From positions 292,888,001 through 292,952,000 of the forward strand of contig OZ024743.1 in the NCBI GenBank assembly GCA_964016885.1: DNA of 64,000 bases, given 5' to 3'. Shown here piece after piece: positions 51,912 through 64,000 of this stretch; the first letter of the stretch is position 1; each line of letters opens with the position of its first letter. The translations under genes and the position numbers were made by a program. The notes under the pieces were generated by a model. The model saw only the letters and a program-made list of their open reading frames with translations, was not told where the DNA came from and searched no databases. The stretch comes from Eledone cirrhosa (Eukaryota).

Positions 51912-54196
51912 TATGCAAAAGTTTTATTTAAAATTGTTGGGTTACAACAAGTAAATATTTTATAACTGATATAAAGTTTTTGAAGTAGATATACGATATT
52001 AAACAAATGGAAACTATATTTATAAAACCATATTTATTTCATTATACATATTTCAGGGATACCATATTAAAAATATGGCATGCCTTCGTCAGATAAAATA
52101 CAATATATAAACAGTTTTATAAATAATTTTGACATACCATAATATAAGCGACCATTAAATTAGGAGGCTGCCTTGGTAGTGATGTGTTTATAATTATTTA
52201 GTTATAGTGTTAAGCACAGTTAGAAAAAAGACGGAGAAAAAGAAGAAACGGAGGTAAAGAAAAACAGAGAGAGAGAGGGGAGAGAGAAAAAAGGAGGAGG
52301 TGAAAAAAGAGGCAACCGAAAGCAACAGATAAATAATAATAATTCACCATACAAATAGAGAGATTCAAGGGAGAGGGAGTACTATATAGAGAGACAGGAC
52401 AGTAATTATTTAGTTATAGTGTTAAGCACAGTTAGAGAAAGAACGAGAGAAAGAAAAAAATGGAGATAAAGAGAAAACGGAGAGAGAGAGGGGGGAGGAA
52501 AAAGAAAGAGAGAGAGAAAGTATAACTAGATAGGGGGAAGTGAGAAAAACAAGAGAGAAATAAGAGAGAAATATGAGAGGCAAAACCAAAGCGACAGATA
52601 CATAATACTTCATCATATACAAAGATAAGCAGAAAAGAGAGGAGAAGGAGCTATATATATATAGAGAAGGATACAGTTACATCTTTACGTCATGTCATAT
52701 CAATTTGAATTATCAATTCATATGAAATGGATAATAGAATGTAAATATCAATATTCATGAATGAGACATAGATATATAATATGAGAAAATAACTTTGTTC
52801 AATAATGAACCTATGTTTAGTTTAAAACTCTGAGGTCAATGTACCAAAATCTGAGATAAACCTTCAAAAAATTACCCTATTTATAAAAATACGGAAATAT
52901 ATATGTATATATATATACACGTATATGTACTTTCTGAAAAAAGAAAAAGAGAAAGTTATGTCTAACTCTAGTCAATAATATAGACATACACATGACTTTA
53001 CCTGATCAACTCTATAATTTCTTGTGTCATAAAAAGAATTTCTTGTGTTATAAAAAATTTCACTATATATATACATAAAAAATATACGATTAATATTCAT
53101 GTCCTCACATATATGATTACCATTCATGTATTTAATATTATGCATATCTGTAACATATACAGAACTATACCTATACATATATATGTATATACAAGATATC
53201 TGCGTGAGTATTCCAGCATCTCTATGCACACGTACAGACACATGAACACATAAAATAAACTCTATAAGCCTTCTATATGCATGTTAATACACATATGGCC
53301 TTTGTATAGAGATAATCAAATATCAATATATCAGCACAGAAACATCAAAACGCTAAAATATTTTCAACACACTATCTCAGGCCAACAAACAATATGCTTC
53401 ATATATTTACTACAGAAATCTATCCTTCCGATTTTTCAGACAATATATTGCAAAGTCTTTTAGAAGCAATCAGAGTCAAAAAGCAAATAAAAAACAAAAA
53501 TTATTTAACAAAAATTATTTAAAAGATTTAGAAAACCCAGTGATTCTACGGATGCCCTTATATTTAGTATAGAAATTTATCTTGCGTAAAAATTTATTTA
53601 ATACATTGGGAGCATATACATTTTAGAGTAGTTTAATTACATTTTTGTTTATATTTATGAAGAAGGTTTAAAAAGAAAAAGGTGAAGGAATCAAAAGATT
53701 TATCGCCAGGTTTCATATATTAATTAAATTTCTTAATTAATTATACTACATTTTAAATTTATATTTATATTTAAACGTTGAGTTCAATCTATGTCTGCAG
53801 CAACTGAATAAATTGCTCCTTAAATTAAGGGAATTTTTGGATTTTAATATAAAGAATATCTCCTCCACACAGAGATCACATGTGTCAGATGAGGAATTCA
53901 AAGGAATCCCTCTTGAGACAATATTCCAAAACATCGAATACTCAACATTATCTCGTTTAAGTTGCCAGAGTAGGCTTGATAGCGAAGTTGAGGATTTTTT
54001 GTTTGGATCTGTGAAAGAATTCTTATGATTATTTAATGGTCGCTTATATTATGGTACGTCAAAATTATTTATAAAACTGTTTATATATTGTATTTTATCT
54101 GACGAAGGCATGCCATATTTTTAATATGGTATCCCTGAAATATGTATAATGAAATAAATATGGTTTTATAAATATAGTTTCCATTTGTTTAATATC

Positions 54197-54200
<4 letters not shown>
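51912..54200 (-). mobile_element. Second, more truncated copy of the 39655-43650 Penelope family with inverted pLTR (51992-52156 / 54033-54200)
   Basis: ORF end 53746-53934 CDLCVEEIFFILKSKNSLNLRSNLFSCCRH...FKM nearly identical to the 41449 ORF; hammerheads at 52035-52100 (-) and 54091-54156 (+). Confidence 0.9.
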
Positions 54201-54241
<41 letters not shown>

Positions 54242-54491
54242 ATGTAGGGAAGTGACTCACGAGGTGATATATATAAGAAATAGTAAAAAAGGAAAAAGAA
54301 ACAGTAGAAAATGCTAGAGGGATTTTCTCTCAGAATAACATCAAAACATTTAATTGTACCGGTTTCAGCTTATATGTTTTTTCAACGACAGAAGTGTATA
54401 ATGCAATTACATTGCATTAATAAGAATAATAAGAATATGGAGAAAAACATTTGTTTTTACATATCTATATATATATATATGTATATATATA

Positions 54492-54610
54492 TGGCGCGTG
54501 GCTGAGTGGTTAGAGGATTGGATTCGCAATCGTGATTTGTGAGTTCGATTCCCGGATCAGGCGATGCGTTATGTCCTTGGGCAAGACACTTTATTCACGT
54601 TGCTCCTTCT
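54492..54610 (+). mobile_element. tRNA-derived SINE (family B)
   Basis: TGGCTGAGTGG A box and GAGTTCGATTCC B box, followed by a tgtccttgggcaagacactt core-like body. Confidence 0.8.
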
Positions 54611-54736
54611 ACCCGGAGTTGCGACCGATAGAGAGTATTAGCAATTAGAAAGACCAATGGAAACATCGCTCCCTCGGTCCGATTTGACAAAAAGTCGATC
54701 GACTGTATATATATATATATATATATCGATCGACTG

Positions 54737-54782
<46 letters not shown>

Positions 54783-55360
54783 GGTGTTAACGTTTGCTTG
54801 AAGCATTGTGAAATGTGTAAAATATGTAGTTTAGAAAGCCACAACAATGCAGATGGGAAATCTCGAGGTAATATACAACCTACCACCTTTCACACTCTTT
54901 GTTTTCCAGCTTCTACGGCCCACTATCTTTCACACACACACACTCACATACATACACACATACACATATACACACACAGTTACACACACATATATATTTA
55001 CACACACATATTTTACGGCTTTCACACGCTAGCGCACCCTATTGATTTAACCCAATTGGTCAGTAGCTTTTGCCACAGCCTATCACGCGCACGCGCATTC
55101 TTTCCCTCGTTTGAATTTTCCCCATAACGGCATTCCTAACTTTTAACGACAATACAACTTTCTCCGGCTTAGCCTGTCCCCCCCCCCCTTTTGGAACTTT
55201 TCCCCCGTTGATGGGCGTGAGCCCGAAATATTGGGATTAAATCTCCTCTACGGTAACCCTTCTACCTTTGTTTTGTTTTCATTTTCATTTTCACTTTTCT
55301 CCTATTTCTCACTCACTTCTTACCTCGAGATTTCCCATCTGCATTGTTGTGGCTTTCTAA

Positions 55361-55418
<58 letters not shown>

Positions 55419-55449
55419 ATGTAGAAAAGTAACACACGAGTTGATATAT

Positions 55450-56860
55450 ATAAAAACGAATAGTAGAAAGGAAAAATATTTTTTCAGTAGAAAATGTACA
55501 GATGTTTTCAGTGAAACATCAAAACATTAATTTATTTACAATACCGTTTTCAGCATTATATGTATTGTCAATTGAGGATGTGCAGAATATTGTTAAGTTG
55601 CATATTTGTATAGATAGTGATAATAATAATAATTGTTTCTACATTTGGCACAAGGCCAGCAATTATTCCAGTGTATTACTGGTGCTTTATGTTATCGACA
55701 CCGAAAGGCAAGGTTAACCTCGGCGGGATTTGAACTCAGACCATAAAGGGACGTAACTCTTTGCTGCAAAGCATGGCGTCCGACCCTCTACCAATACTGC
55801 CAATCCACCGCCCTTGATAATAATAATAATAATTGTTTCTACTTTTGGCACGAGGCCAGCAAATACCCAGTGTATTACTGGTACTTAATAATAATAAAAA
55901 TAAAAAGGGGAAGAAAAATTAATTTTCACATACATGTTCATTCAGAGAAGAGAGTTCATTTCTCTGTCCAACCTACTCTGCTAACAGCTTGGTTGTGACT
56001 GGGGAGGGTAGAAGAAGGAGGGGAGAGAGGAGAAGAAGGAGGAGGCAGATGATAGTTGTGGTGGCAGACTGCTGTGAGAGACCCTTTGAAGAGTGGATAC
56101 AAGGTTTGGCTGGGATTGGTTTGAAAGGCCGGGTGACCTTAGAGTTGACTGGTGAGGGGGGGGGGGGGGGTTCTAAAAATATCTATCTTGGTATTTTGTC
56201 TTAGAAGAAATTATCAACATTGACCTTGTTTTATTGCCACAAAGAAGATTCAGAGTTATTGAAATACTAATTCCATCCTTAACAGAAATTTCAGATTTAG
56301 GTGTATGGAGAAAATGTTGCCACAAAGAGGGTTTCAGAGCCACTGGAATACCCATTCGATCTTCAACAGAAACTTCAAGATTCAGGGGAATGTAAAGCAT
56401 TTAGTTTGACACCTGAATGCTTCTATTTATCCGATTATCTTCGTGGAAGTGCTCCCAGCCAAACCTTGTGTCCACTCTTCAAAGAATCTCTCACAGCGGT
56501 CTTCTACCAGAACTATCCTCTGCCTCCTCCTTCTTCTTCTCCCCTCTCCCTCCTTCTTCTACTGTCTACAGTCACAACCAAGCTATTAACAGAGAAGGAT
56601 GGACAGAGAAATGAACTCTCTCTGAATGAACATGTATGTGAAAATTAATTTTTCTTCCCCCTTTTTATTTTTATTATTATTATCACTATTTGTACAAATA
56701 TGAAACTTAACAATATTCTGCATATCCGCAATTGAAATTGACAATGCATATAATGTTGAAACCGTTATTGTAAATAAATTAATGTTTTGATATTTCACTG
56801 AAAAAATCTCTTCAACATTTTCTACTGAAAAAATATTTTTCCTTTCTACTATTTGTTTAT
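55450..56860. repeat. Large inverted repeat (55450-56115 / 56453-56860), PLE pLTR-like, with SINEs inserted in the left arm
   Basis: The arms mirror each other except for 55621-55886; bounded by (TA)n. Confidence 0.85.
55621..55886 (-). mobile_element. Family A SINE (55621-55813) plus partial tandem copy (55820-55886)
   Basis: Match to other family A copies; inserted in an (AAT)n run. Confidence 0.85.
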
Positions 56861-56873
56861 ATATATATATATA

Positions 56874-56958
<85 letters not shown>

Positions 56959-57011
56959 AGAAAATACTTTTTAAAAGATTTTTAAAATATTTTTTACTTA
57001 CTTAAATTTTC

Positions 57012-57093
57012 ACTCCAACTAATTAGTTTCTGCAATGGGATAAAGACAGTTACGTAATCCAACTGTCGAGAATTCATTGCGTCATCAGGGAGT
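57012..57093 (-). ncRNA. Type I hammerhead ribozyme motif with extended stem II
   Basis: ACTCC-CTGATGA-(GCAATG..GACAGTT/AACTGTC..CATTGC)-GAA-ACTAATTAGT-T-GGAGT. Confidence 0.8.
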
Positions 57094-57373
57094 CTATTCT
57101 CAGCTGAGTCTCCAGGCAATGCGCGGACACTGGCGGCTCATATAAAAATAATAATAATTCGGTAGAAAGAACAGCTGGCGAGGACTGGATTCTATGTACT
57201 GAAATTCTCACTGCTTCTAGTCAAATGGCCGATTCTAAAGAATCAATCACGTGACACAGAGGCTAGTTAGAAGGAATGGGATGGTAAGATGACTGACGCC
57301 TACTAACACCCCAAAAAAAATTTAGAAGTGGTTTTGGCAGGTTTGCTCGACAAATCAGTGATTTGGAGATAAA

Positions 57374-57722
57374 TATAGATAATTTAATATATCAACTAAC
57401 ATAGGCGCACAGATGCACGTCCATGCCAGCAAATACACAGGTTATGTCATAGTACCTAGGTGGTTCAATGCAGGAGGGTGCAGAACAATAATATAAAAGA
57501 CGTAAAATAAGAAAATACTTTTTAAAAAATTTTTAAAACATTTAAGTAAGTAAGTAAAAAATTTTTTAAAAATTTTTAAAAAAGTATTTTCTTATTTTAC
57601 GTCTTTTATATTATTGTTCTGCACCCTCCTGCATTGAACCACCTAGGTACTATGACATAACCTGTGTATTTGCTGGCATGGACGTGCATCTGTGCGCCTA
57701 TGTTAGTTGATATATTAAATTA

Positions 57723-57727
<5 letters not shown>
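57374..57727. repeat. ~350-bp near-perfect palindrome ending in (TA)n
   Basis: atagataatttaatatatcaactaacatagg... mirrored by ...cctatgttagttgatatattaaattatctat. Confidence 0.92.
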
Positions 57728-57771
<44 letters not shown>

Positions 57772-58113
57772 AATGAGTTATTTGTTTATAAAATTAAATA
57801 AATAAAAATAAATATAATTATTTCATTCTTTCTATACCCAAGTAAATATGTTTGGATGTATATTTCTATAAATATTGCCAAAGTAACTTTAAATATTTTT
57901 TCATCAATTTTAATAGCAAACCTCCTTTGAAAAACAATTCAGATAATTATTTAAAATATATCTAGCGTCTAAACTTAACGGTCCTTTTCAGTTTTAACGT
58001 TATTCTCATTAGCATATTTATCCTGACTTTTGAATATTTATTCACTATCCACAATGAACTCATAACATTAAGTTCATATGAGGATATGTCTTTATCTTTA
58101 AATCAAATATTGT

Positions 58114-58184
58114 ATTTTATCTGATGAAAGCGTAAAATATTGGTAACAAAAACATTCGTACTCTTGAAATATGTATAATAAAAT
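58114..58184 (+). ncRNA. Hammerhead ribozyme motif (PLE pLTR type)
   Basis: ATTTTAT-CTGATGA-imperfect stem II-GAA-ATATGTAT-A-ATAAAAT. Confidence 0.7.
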
Positions 58185-58199
58185 GAATATGGTTTTATA

Positions 58200-58297
58200 T
58201 TGCTACTGTCCATATATCTTGAGGAAGGTCCCGGTTCTAAGGTGTCTGCATGTCCCTTAGAGCCGGGACCTTCCTCAAGATATATGGACAGTAGCAA
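58200..58297. repeat. Hairpin (~43-bp arms) followed by short cctcaagctatagg tandem units to ~58435
   Basis: tgctactgtccatatatcttgaggaaggtcccgg / ccgggaccttcctcaagatatatggacagtagca. Confidence 0.85.
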
Positions 58298-59507
58298 CAC
58301 AAGATGATGTTAACTCCCCTCAAGCTATAGGGACTTCTACAGAACATGTAAACACCTCTCAGCCAGACCTGCCTCAAGCTATATGGGCAGTAACAACACC
58401 CTAGGTTGTGAACTTCCCTCAAGCCATAGGGAACAACCCAGGCTGAGCAGACACCATGATAGCCTAGAGATTGAATCGGACACAGCCATTATAATTTGGC
58501 CAACATCTATATAACACAAACACATTTTAATTTACTTGATTTCTGATTTTCAAGTCCCAATTTTAAATCTTGATTTCTCTTTATTAATTTGTTATTTGTT
58601 TTCTGCCCTCTTCACTGTATCACCTTATATTTATTTTTAAGTTGAGATTGATTATTACACAAACACATTTTGTTTGATTATCCTATTTTAACATATTTGC
58701 CTCATACCTATCTATCCAACATATTTCTGACCTTGAGATTGGTTATAGCACACACACACTTTATCCTACTTTATTTGAATCTTCATTTTATTTTTCACTT
58801 CTCCATATTCATTTTCATTACTTTTTCACCAATTTTTCATTTATTCTTTATTCTTTATTCTTTATTCTCTATTTATTATTTATTTTCAAATTATACAAAT
58901 TATATTATTTATTTTCTGTTTTCTTCATTTATTGCCTTATATTTCTTCATATACATGGAAGGACACCCCCCACACACCCCACCACCACTATGAGAGATGG
59001 TAGCAGGAGGGATGAAGAAAAAACACACACAGATACTTCTAAATTGTCAACAGAAGCAAGATATAAGTTGACCACAACACCAACAACACTACCAAAATAA
59101 TGGTAGAGGTCAAATGTACTTAACAATAGCAAACACAAACACCACAGGGAGCCTCACCCCAGAAAGAATTCTATAGACTTCTGACTGAGGAATGCTCTCA
59201 GAACTGACCAATGGGAAGTTTGACACTTTTTTTGCTATTTTGTTCCTTTAAAACCTTGTCCCTTCTACCACTTTATCAATTTGTTAAGCTAACTCCAACA
59301 ATAACAACACTTAGAATGAGGAATGTTCTAACAACTGACCAATGAGAGGAGAAGAGGCCCTTTGACACTGAAATTCGTTTGTTTGAATTCATATGATTCC
59401 AGTTCCTCAGTGAAATAACAACCCAACCAGGAACTGGGCATATCAGAGTATTGACAATATTATACACCTCAACAACATATGTACTTGTCTATACCACACT
59501 AATTCGG

Positions 59508-59562
59508 AGTGCCTGAAGAGGTTACAGCCAAAGATGGCTGTGACTGAAATATATATAGCAGT
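59508..59562 (+). ncRNA. Hammerhead ribozyme motif followed by AATAAA
   Basis: TGC-CTGAAGA-GGTTACAGCC/GGCTGTGACT-GAA-ATATATAT-A-GCA. Confidence 0.82.
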
Positions 59563-60508
59563 AATAAACGAAGCTAAATTTTAAACAGTTGACTTTTATT
59601 TAACTTTATTTTATATATTGGCCTTTATAGTATAACTTTCTGCATTTACTGCGATTATGAGAAGCGGTTCTTATTCGGGTACAACTTCTGATTTAGCCTA
59701 AGAAAATATCTATATGCGTGTGTAATTTATAGAAGTATATATTTATTTTTTTATTTTCAATTGAGTTCTTAAACACGTTGGATTGATAATGTTTTCAAAA
59801 AAACTAATTAACCCGCGTGTATATTATTATTATTTTTTCCTCATTTCGTGGATCGTGGGTTGTCTCCCCTTGCCGCTTCGTGTCGCTATGATACTTCCTC
59901 AGTCAAAAACTGCTGGAATTTCAAATTTGGCGGTCATTCGAGGTGGGAGAGAGCAACTTTACGGACACGATTTTTGACAGCGGTAAGAAATTGTTTTCTT
60001 ATATCAATGTTTAATGGGCTTCCACTGATGATTTATAAGTGCCCACCTAAATATATTCTTACATGAATATATATTAGGCTTCTACATAAACTGGAAACAT
60101 TCCCCCAACTTGTAGAAAACTTATAATGAAACAATTGTTTGGAAAGAGAGATACACTTTAACTTTAATTATATCTCATAAAATAATACAACTGGTTTTTC
60201 CACATTATACATATTGTTAGCACCCCAAACACTTAAATTGGGTTTATATTTTAATATAACCTAATGTTTGTTGAGTGAGATGGTTACCAGTCAGAGTTTA
60301 GCTTTAAACTATCTCTGTTATTGTATTAAATATATATATATATATATATATGAAATAAAATAACAGGAGGCTGGACTGGTGTAAATCCTTGAAAGGTTTA
60401 TTATACTATGATCATTTCAATGATCACCTATTGTTATATATATATATATATACATATATATATTCAGAAACAAGTACATACATACACACATAAACACACG
60501 CGTGGACA

Positions 60509-60547
<39 letters not shown>

Positions 60548-60581
60548 ACACCCACCCACACACCCACACTCACACACGCAT

Positions 60582-60665
<84 letters not shown>

Positions 60666-61080
60666 CTTAAGAATAGCAGTTCCACATATTTACTGTATAT
60701 GTGCAGATATAAATTTAGTATGTAATTTGGCTGTTAAGTGCACAAATTAATAGATATGAGAATTAACCACCAACAGAGGCCCCGACAATTATATAAATCT
60801 ATATGATTACCACTGTTTATGATTACCACTACATTTCCAATGCATTATTAGAATGGCAGTTATGTATTTCCTTGTGTTTTTTCTATGTACATATCTGATG
60901 AAAACCGAATTAAGACTGAAAATCGATTCGAATATTTATCATCTGATTTCAGTTTACAATGAAATACGTAAATTTGACATGTTTACATGAAGATATACTC
61001 GAGTGTATATTATATACTTATTTTACGCACTCTTGGTTAAAATCTGTACAGTACATATACAGATGTGAATTTTATATATA

Positions 61081-61233
<153 letters not shown>

Positions 61234-61597
61234 CAATATGTCAGTATAGAGAGAAATACACATAAATATATGTGTTCTATCATAATGGTTATGAAACCAA
61301 CATCGTTCCTTGAGATTATTAAATTATAGGGGGTTACTGTGAGTGTTTGACTCGACTTTTTAAATTGATATATATATATATATACAGTAGCGGACTGGTC
61401 AGGTTGCCAGGTTAACCAATAGCAAGTAGGCCCAAGGTAGCATTGCAGGGCCCACTGTAGTATTTTAGGAGCCGATGGTTTGCTTTCAAAAAATACATGA
61501 AGTCTAAGAGAAAGAATTTTTTTTTTTAAATAAATAAAACAATTAAGCAAAGCATTTGGTCACCCAATTCCCCAGGGAATTAATAGAAACCAAAATA

Positions 61598-61676
61598 TGA
61601 ACTCAGAATGGCAAGGGCCGTAACTCTATGCGTCAAAACATGATGTCCGACCCTCTACCGATACTGTCAATCCACA
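61598..61676 (-). mobile_element. Family A SINE 5' fragment
   Basis: tgaactcagaatggcaagggccgtaactctatgcgtcaaaacatgatgtccgaccctctaccgatactgtcaatccac. Confidence 0.75.
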
Positions 61677-61809
61677 AATGTTTGCTTTCAATGAGTTAAA
61701 GACATCTGTCAAATCAATTAGTGATGAAGGTGGTGTATATAAATATATATGTGTGTATGTGTATGTGTCTGTGTATGTGTGTGTGTGAGTGTGTGTGTGT
61801 GTATATACA

Positions 61810-61860
<51 letters not shown>

Positions 61861-62042
61861 CAAATGTTAATAAGGTTCATTGATTACTCAATGAATAGAG
61901 TTTTACAATAGATTCAAAGCACTCAACAAAGTAGTGTTCTGGAGTTATTTAGTTTGTCATGTTAATCCTTCTTGTGGTATATAAACATAGAGTTTTGTTG
62001 TAATAAATCACTGCCTAGACTGAAATTAAACCATCAATTTAT

Positions 62043-62110
62043 GTATTTTATCTGATGAGGACGTACTGAATAAAAGAGCACAGTACCTCCGAAATATATA
62101 TAAAAAAACA
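62043..62110 (+). ncRNA. Hammerhead ribozyme motif (PLE pLTR type)
   Basis: TATTTTAT-CTGATGA-GGACGTACTG/CAGTACCTCC-GAA-ATATATAT-A-AAAAAA. Confidence 0.75.
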
Positions 62111-62152
62111 TATATTTTGATTATGTGAACCTCTTCATTTATTAATATTTTG

Positions 62153-62202
<50 letters not shown>

Positions 62203-62312
62203 ATAATAATAGATTTTAAGACTAAAATCCAAAGAGGGCTCGGTAAGGATAAATATATATCAAATATATATTGCTCTACGATTCTTTGCTTAAACTTTAA
62301 TCTGTTATTTTA

Positions 62313-62360
<48 letters not shown>

Positions 62361-62536
62361 TTCGAAGATTGTGTTTCGTTATTTCGTGGGCCGAAGTTCC
62401 GATTCTCGATAATTTATATATATATATATCAATAGCGTGAAAAAAATATTAACTATGAACAATAGCGTTTGCCAGACTCAATTTAAAATAATAAATCAAG
62501 AAAAGAAATACAAACTGATATTGGGGCATATGCCAG

Positions 62537-62614
62537 ACACCCAGACAGCTTTTGGTAATGCTGTTTCGCATTTTTAGCGAAGGGAATTACCTATCTCTGC
62601 TCATCAGTGGGTGT
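62537..62614 (-). ncRNA. Canonical type I hammerhead ribozyme with GUC cleavage triplet
   Basis: ACACCCA-CTGATGA-GCA..TGC-GAAA-CAGC..GCTG-TC-TGGGTGT: perfect 7-bp stem I, intact core and a true stem III. Confidence 0.88.
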
Positions 62615-62847
62615 AAAATTAGTAAACCCTTCACTTCTAAGTATCTCAGAAGACTGAATAGTGTGCATTTATAAAATAACGCACATGGCATCAGAACCTA
62701 GCGTAACTCATAAACGTATACTACTAAAAATACCAGCCAAGTTTACTCGACATTTAAATTAGGTCTACAAATTGAAGGAGCTATAAATTCCTTCAGATAT
62801 TTAATTGTAAGAGACTATTTTGAGTTTCTAACTCAATATATACCTTT

Positions 62848-62970
<123 letters not shown>

Positions 62971-63063
62971 CGTTGACAAATATATCAATATGCCCAGACA
63001 TGTAGATATATTGCCCTTGGTATGACAGTATGGTTTTAGCTCAATGTAGGATAACTAGTATAA

Positions 63064-63220
63064 TTTAACCTTGTTCTGGTGACGCAGCTCGATGGAGCAT
63101 GCAACTACTGATATACTCATGTTTATAAGCTCTGAAGATTCCTGCCATGGTGTATGGATGAAACACTGTTATCTAATAAAACAATGTATTTCTAAGCAAT
63201 CTTTGGTTATTCCTATAACT
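63064..63220 (+). mobile_element. Solo pLTR fragment of the 28611 Penelope family, ending in (TA)n
   Basis: Matches 28798-28957 and 33588-33749, including the hammerhead motif. Confidence 0.85.
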
Positions 63221-63421
63221 ATATATATATATATATATATATATCGAAAGAGTTGTGGTAAGGAACCAGATGGACCATAACGCACCAGAGTACTCAATAC
63301 TTAGGGTAGTAGAGTGGGTAATAGGAGAAAGTATGACCCGGACGACAGAGCTCAAGCCGTTTCACTTTAGTCCAGAAATAGCCGTCGAAACGGCTTGAGC
63401 TCTGCCGTCGGGGTCATACTT

Positions 63422-63496
<75 letters not shown>

Positions 63497-64000
63497 TTAA
63501 AACAATGAAATAAAAATTCAAGTCATTAGGAATATACAATATACTTCACTGCTTTACGATCGTTTCTACGTGATAATAATACATCATTCGCATATTTCGT
63601 TATCAATCTATGTAAGGTTAGTTACAAAATATCAAATAAGGAGTTTATTTACCTACGTGTTTATCGTCAGCCGTTGTCAAAAGCAATGGAAATTTTATTC
63701 AAAATCAATAGTAAATGAATTCTATGACCTTATTTGGAGTTAGCTGAAGAAAAAACCAATCAAATGGTGTTTTGCCATATGATGTTAAGACGAAATATAA
63801 CTCACTTTAGTTAAGGTCATGACCTTTTGAAAGGAATGATTGAATGGTGTTAAAAATAGAATTACTATGAAGAACCTATGAAGAAAAGGGATTGTTGTAT
63901 TGGTAGTGGAGTGAAGTTTAAAAAGGGATGTAAAAATTATATGTTGAGTTGTGTTGTATGGGGTTTTTAGGTGAATATAAATAAAGAAATATAAAATATA

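Noticed and set aside
54492-54570. tRNA gene
   Set aside because: A and B boxes are present, but the acceptor stem is poor and the sequence runs into a SINE body; it is a SINE head.
55200-55240. Hammerhead-like TTGATGG-gcgtgagc-CCGAAA
   Set aside because: The core has multiple substitutions and cannot be supported.
58300-58440. CRISPR-like repeat/spacer pattern (cctcaagctat units)
   Set aside because: The context is eukaryotic, the units are degenerate and irregular, and there are no cas genes; it is a minisatellite.
60895-60975. Hammerhead-like CTGATGA...GAAATACGTA
   Set aside because: No convincing stem I or NUH register; at best a decayed copy.

Overview
Repeat-saturated, AT-rich animal genomic DNA with no recognisable host gene. 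The SINE families and microsatellite load suggest a cephalopod (octopus-like) genome, which is an inference. Bases 1-24 kb hold a head-to-tail, all minus-strand cluster of five divergent Tx1/L1-clade non-LTR retrotransposons (ORF1 gag-like CCHC knuckle; ORF2 APE endonuclease-RT-CCHC). Almost every visible end of these elements abuts (GATA)n/(TATC)n microsatellite, which points to a microsatellite-targeting LINE family. They also share conserved 5' and 3' RNA hairpins. Bases 24-64 kb are dominated by Penelope-like elements (PLEs; RT + GIY-YIG) and their pseudo-LTRs, mostly ending in (TA)n. These carry about 17 complete or near-complete hammerhead ribozyme motifs and several half-ribozymes, most with a palindromic minimal stem III, and many long inverted repeats or hairpins. 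Also present are an internally deleted mariner, a non-autonomous Helitron, several tRNA-derived SINEs and degraded RTE-like fragments. All coordinates were read by eye and may be off by a few bases.
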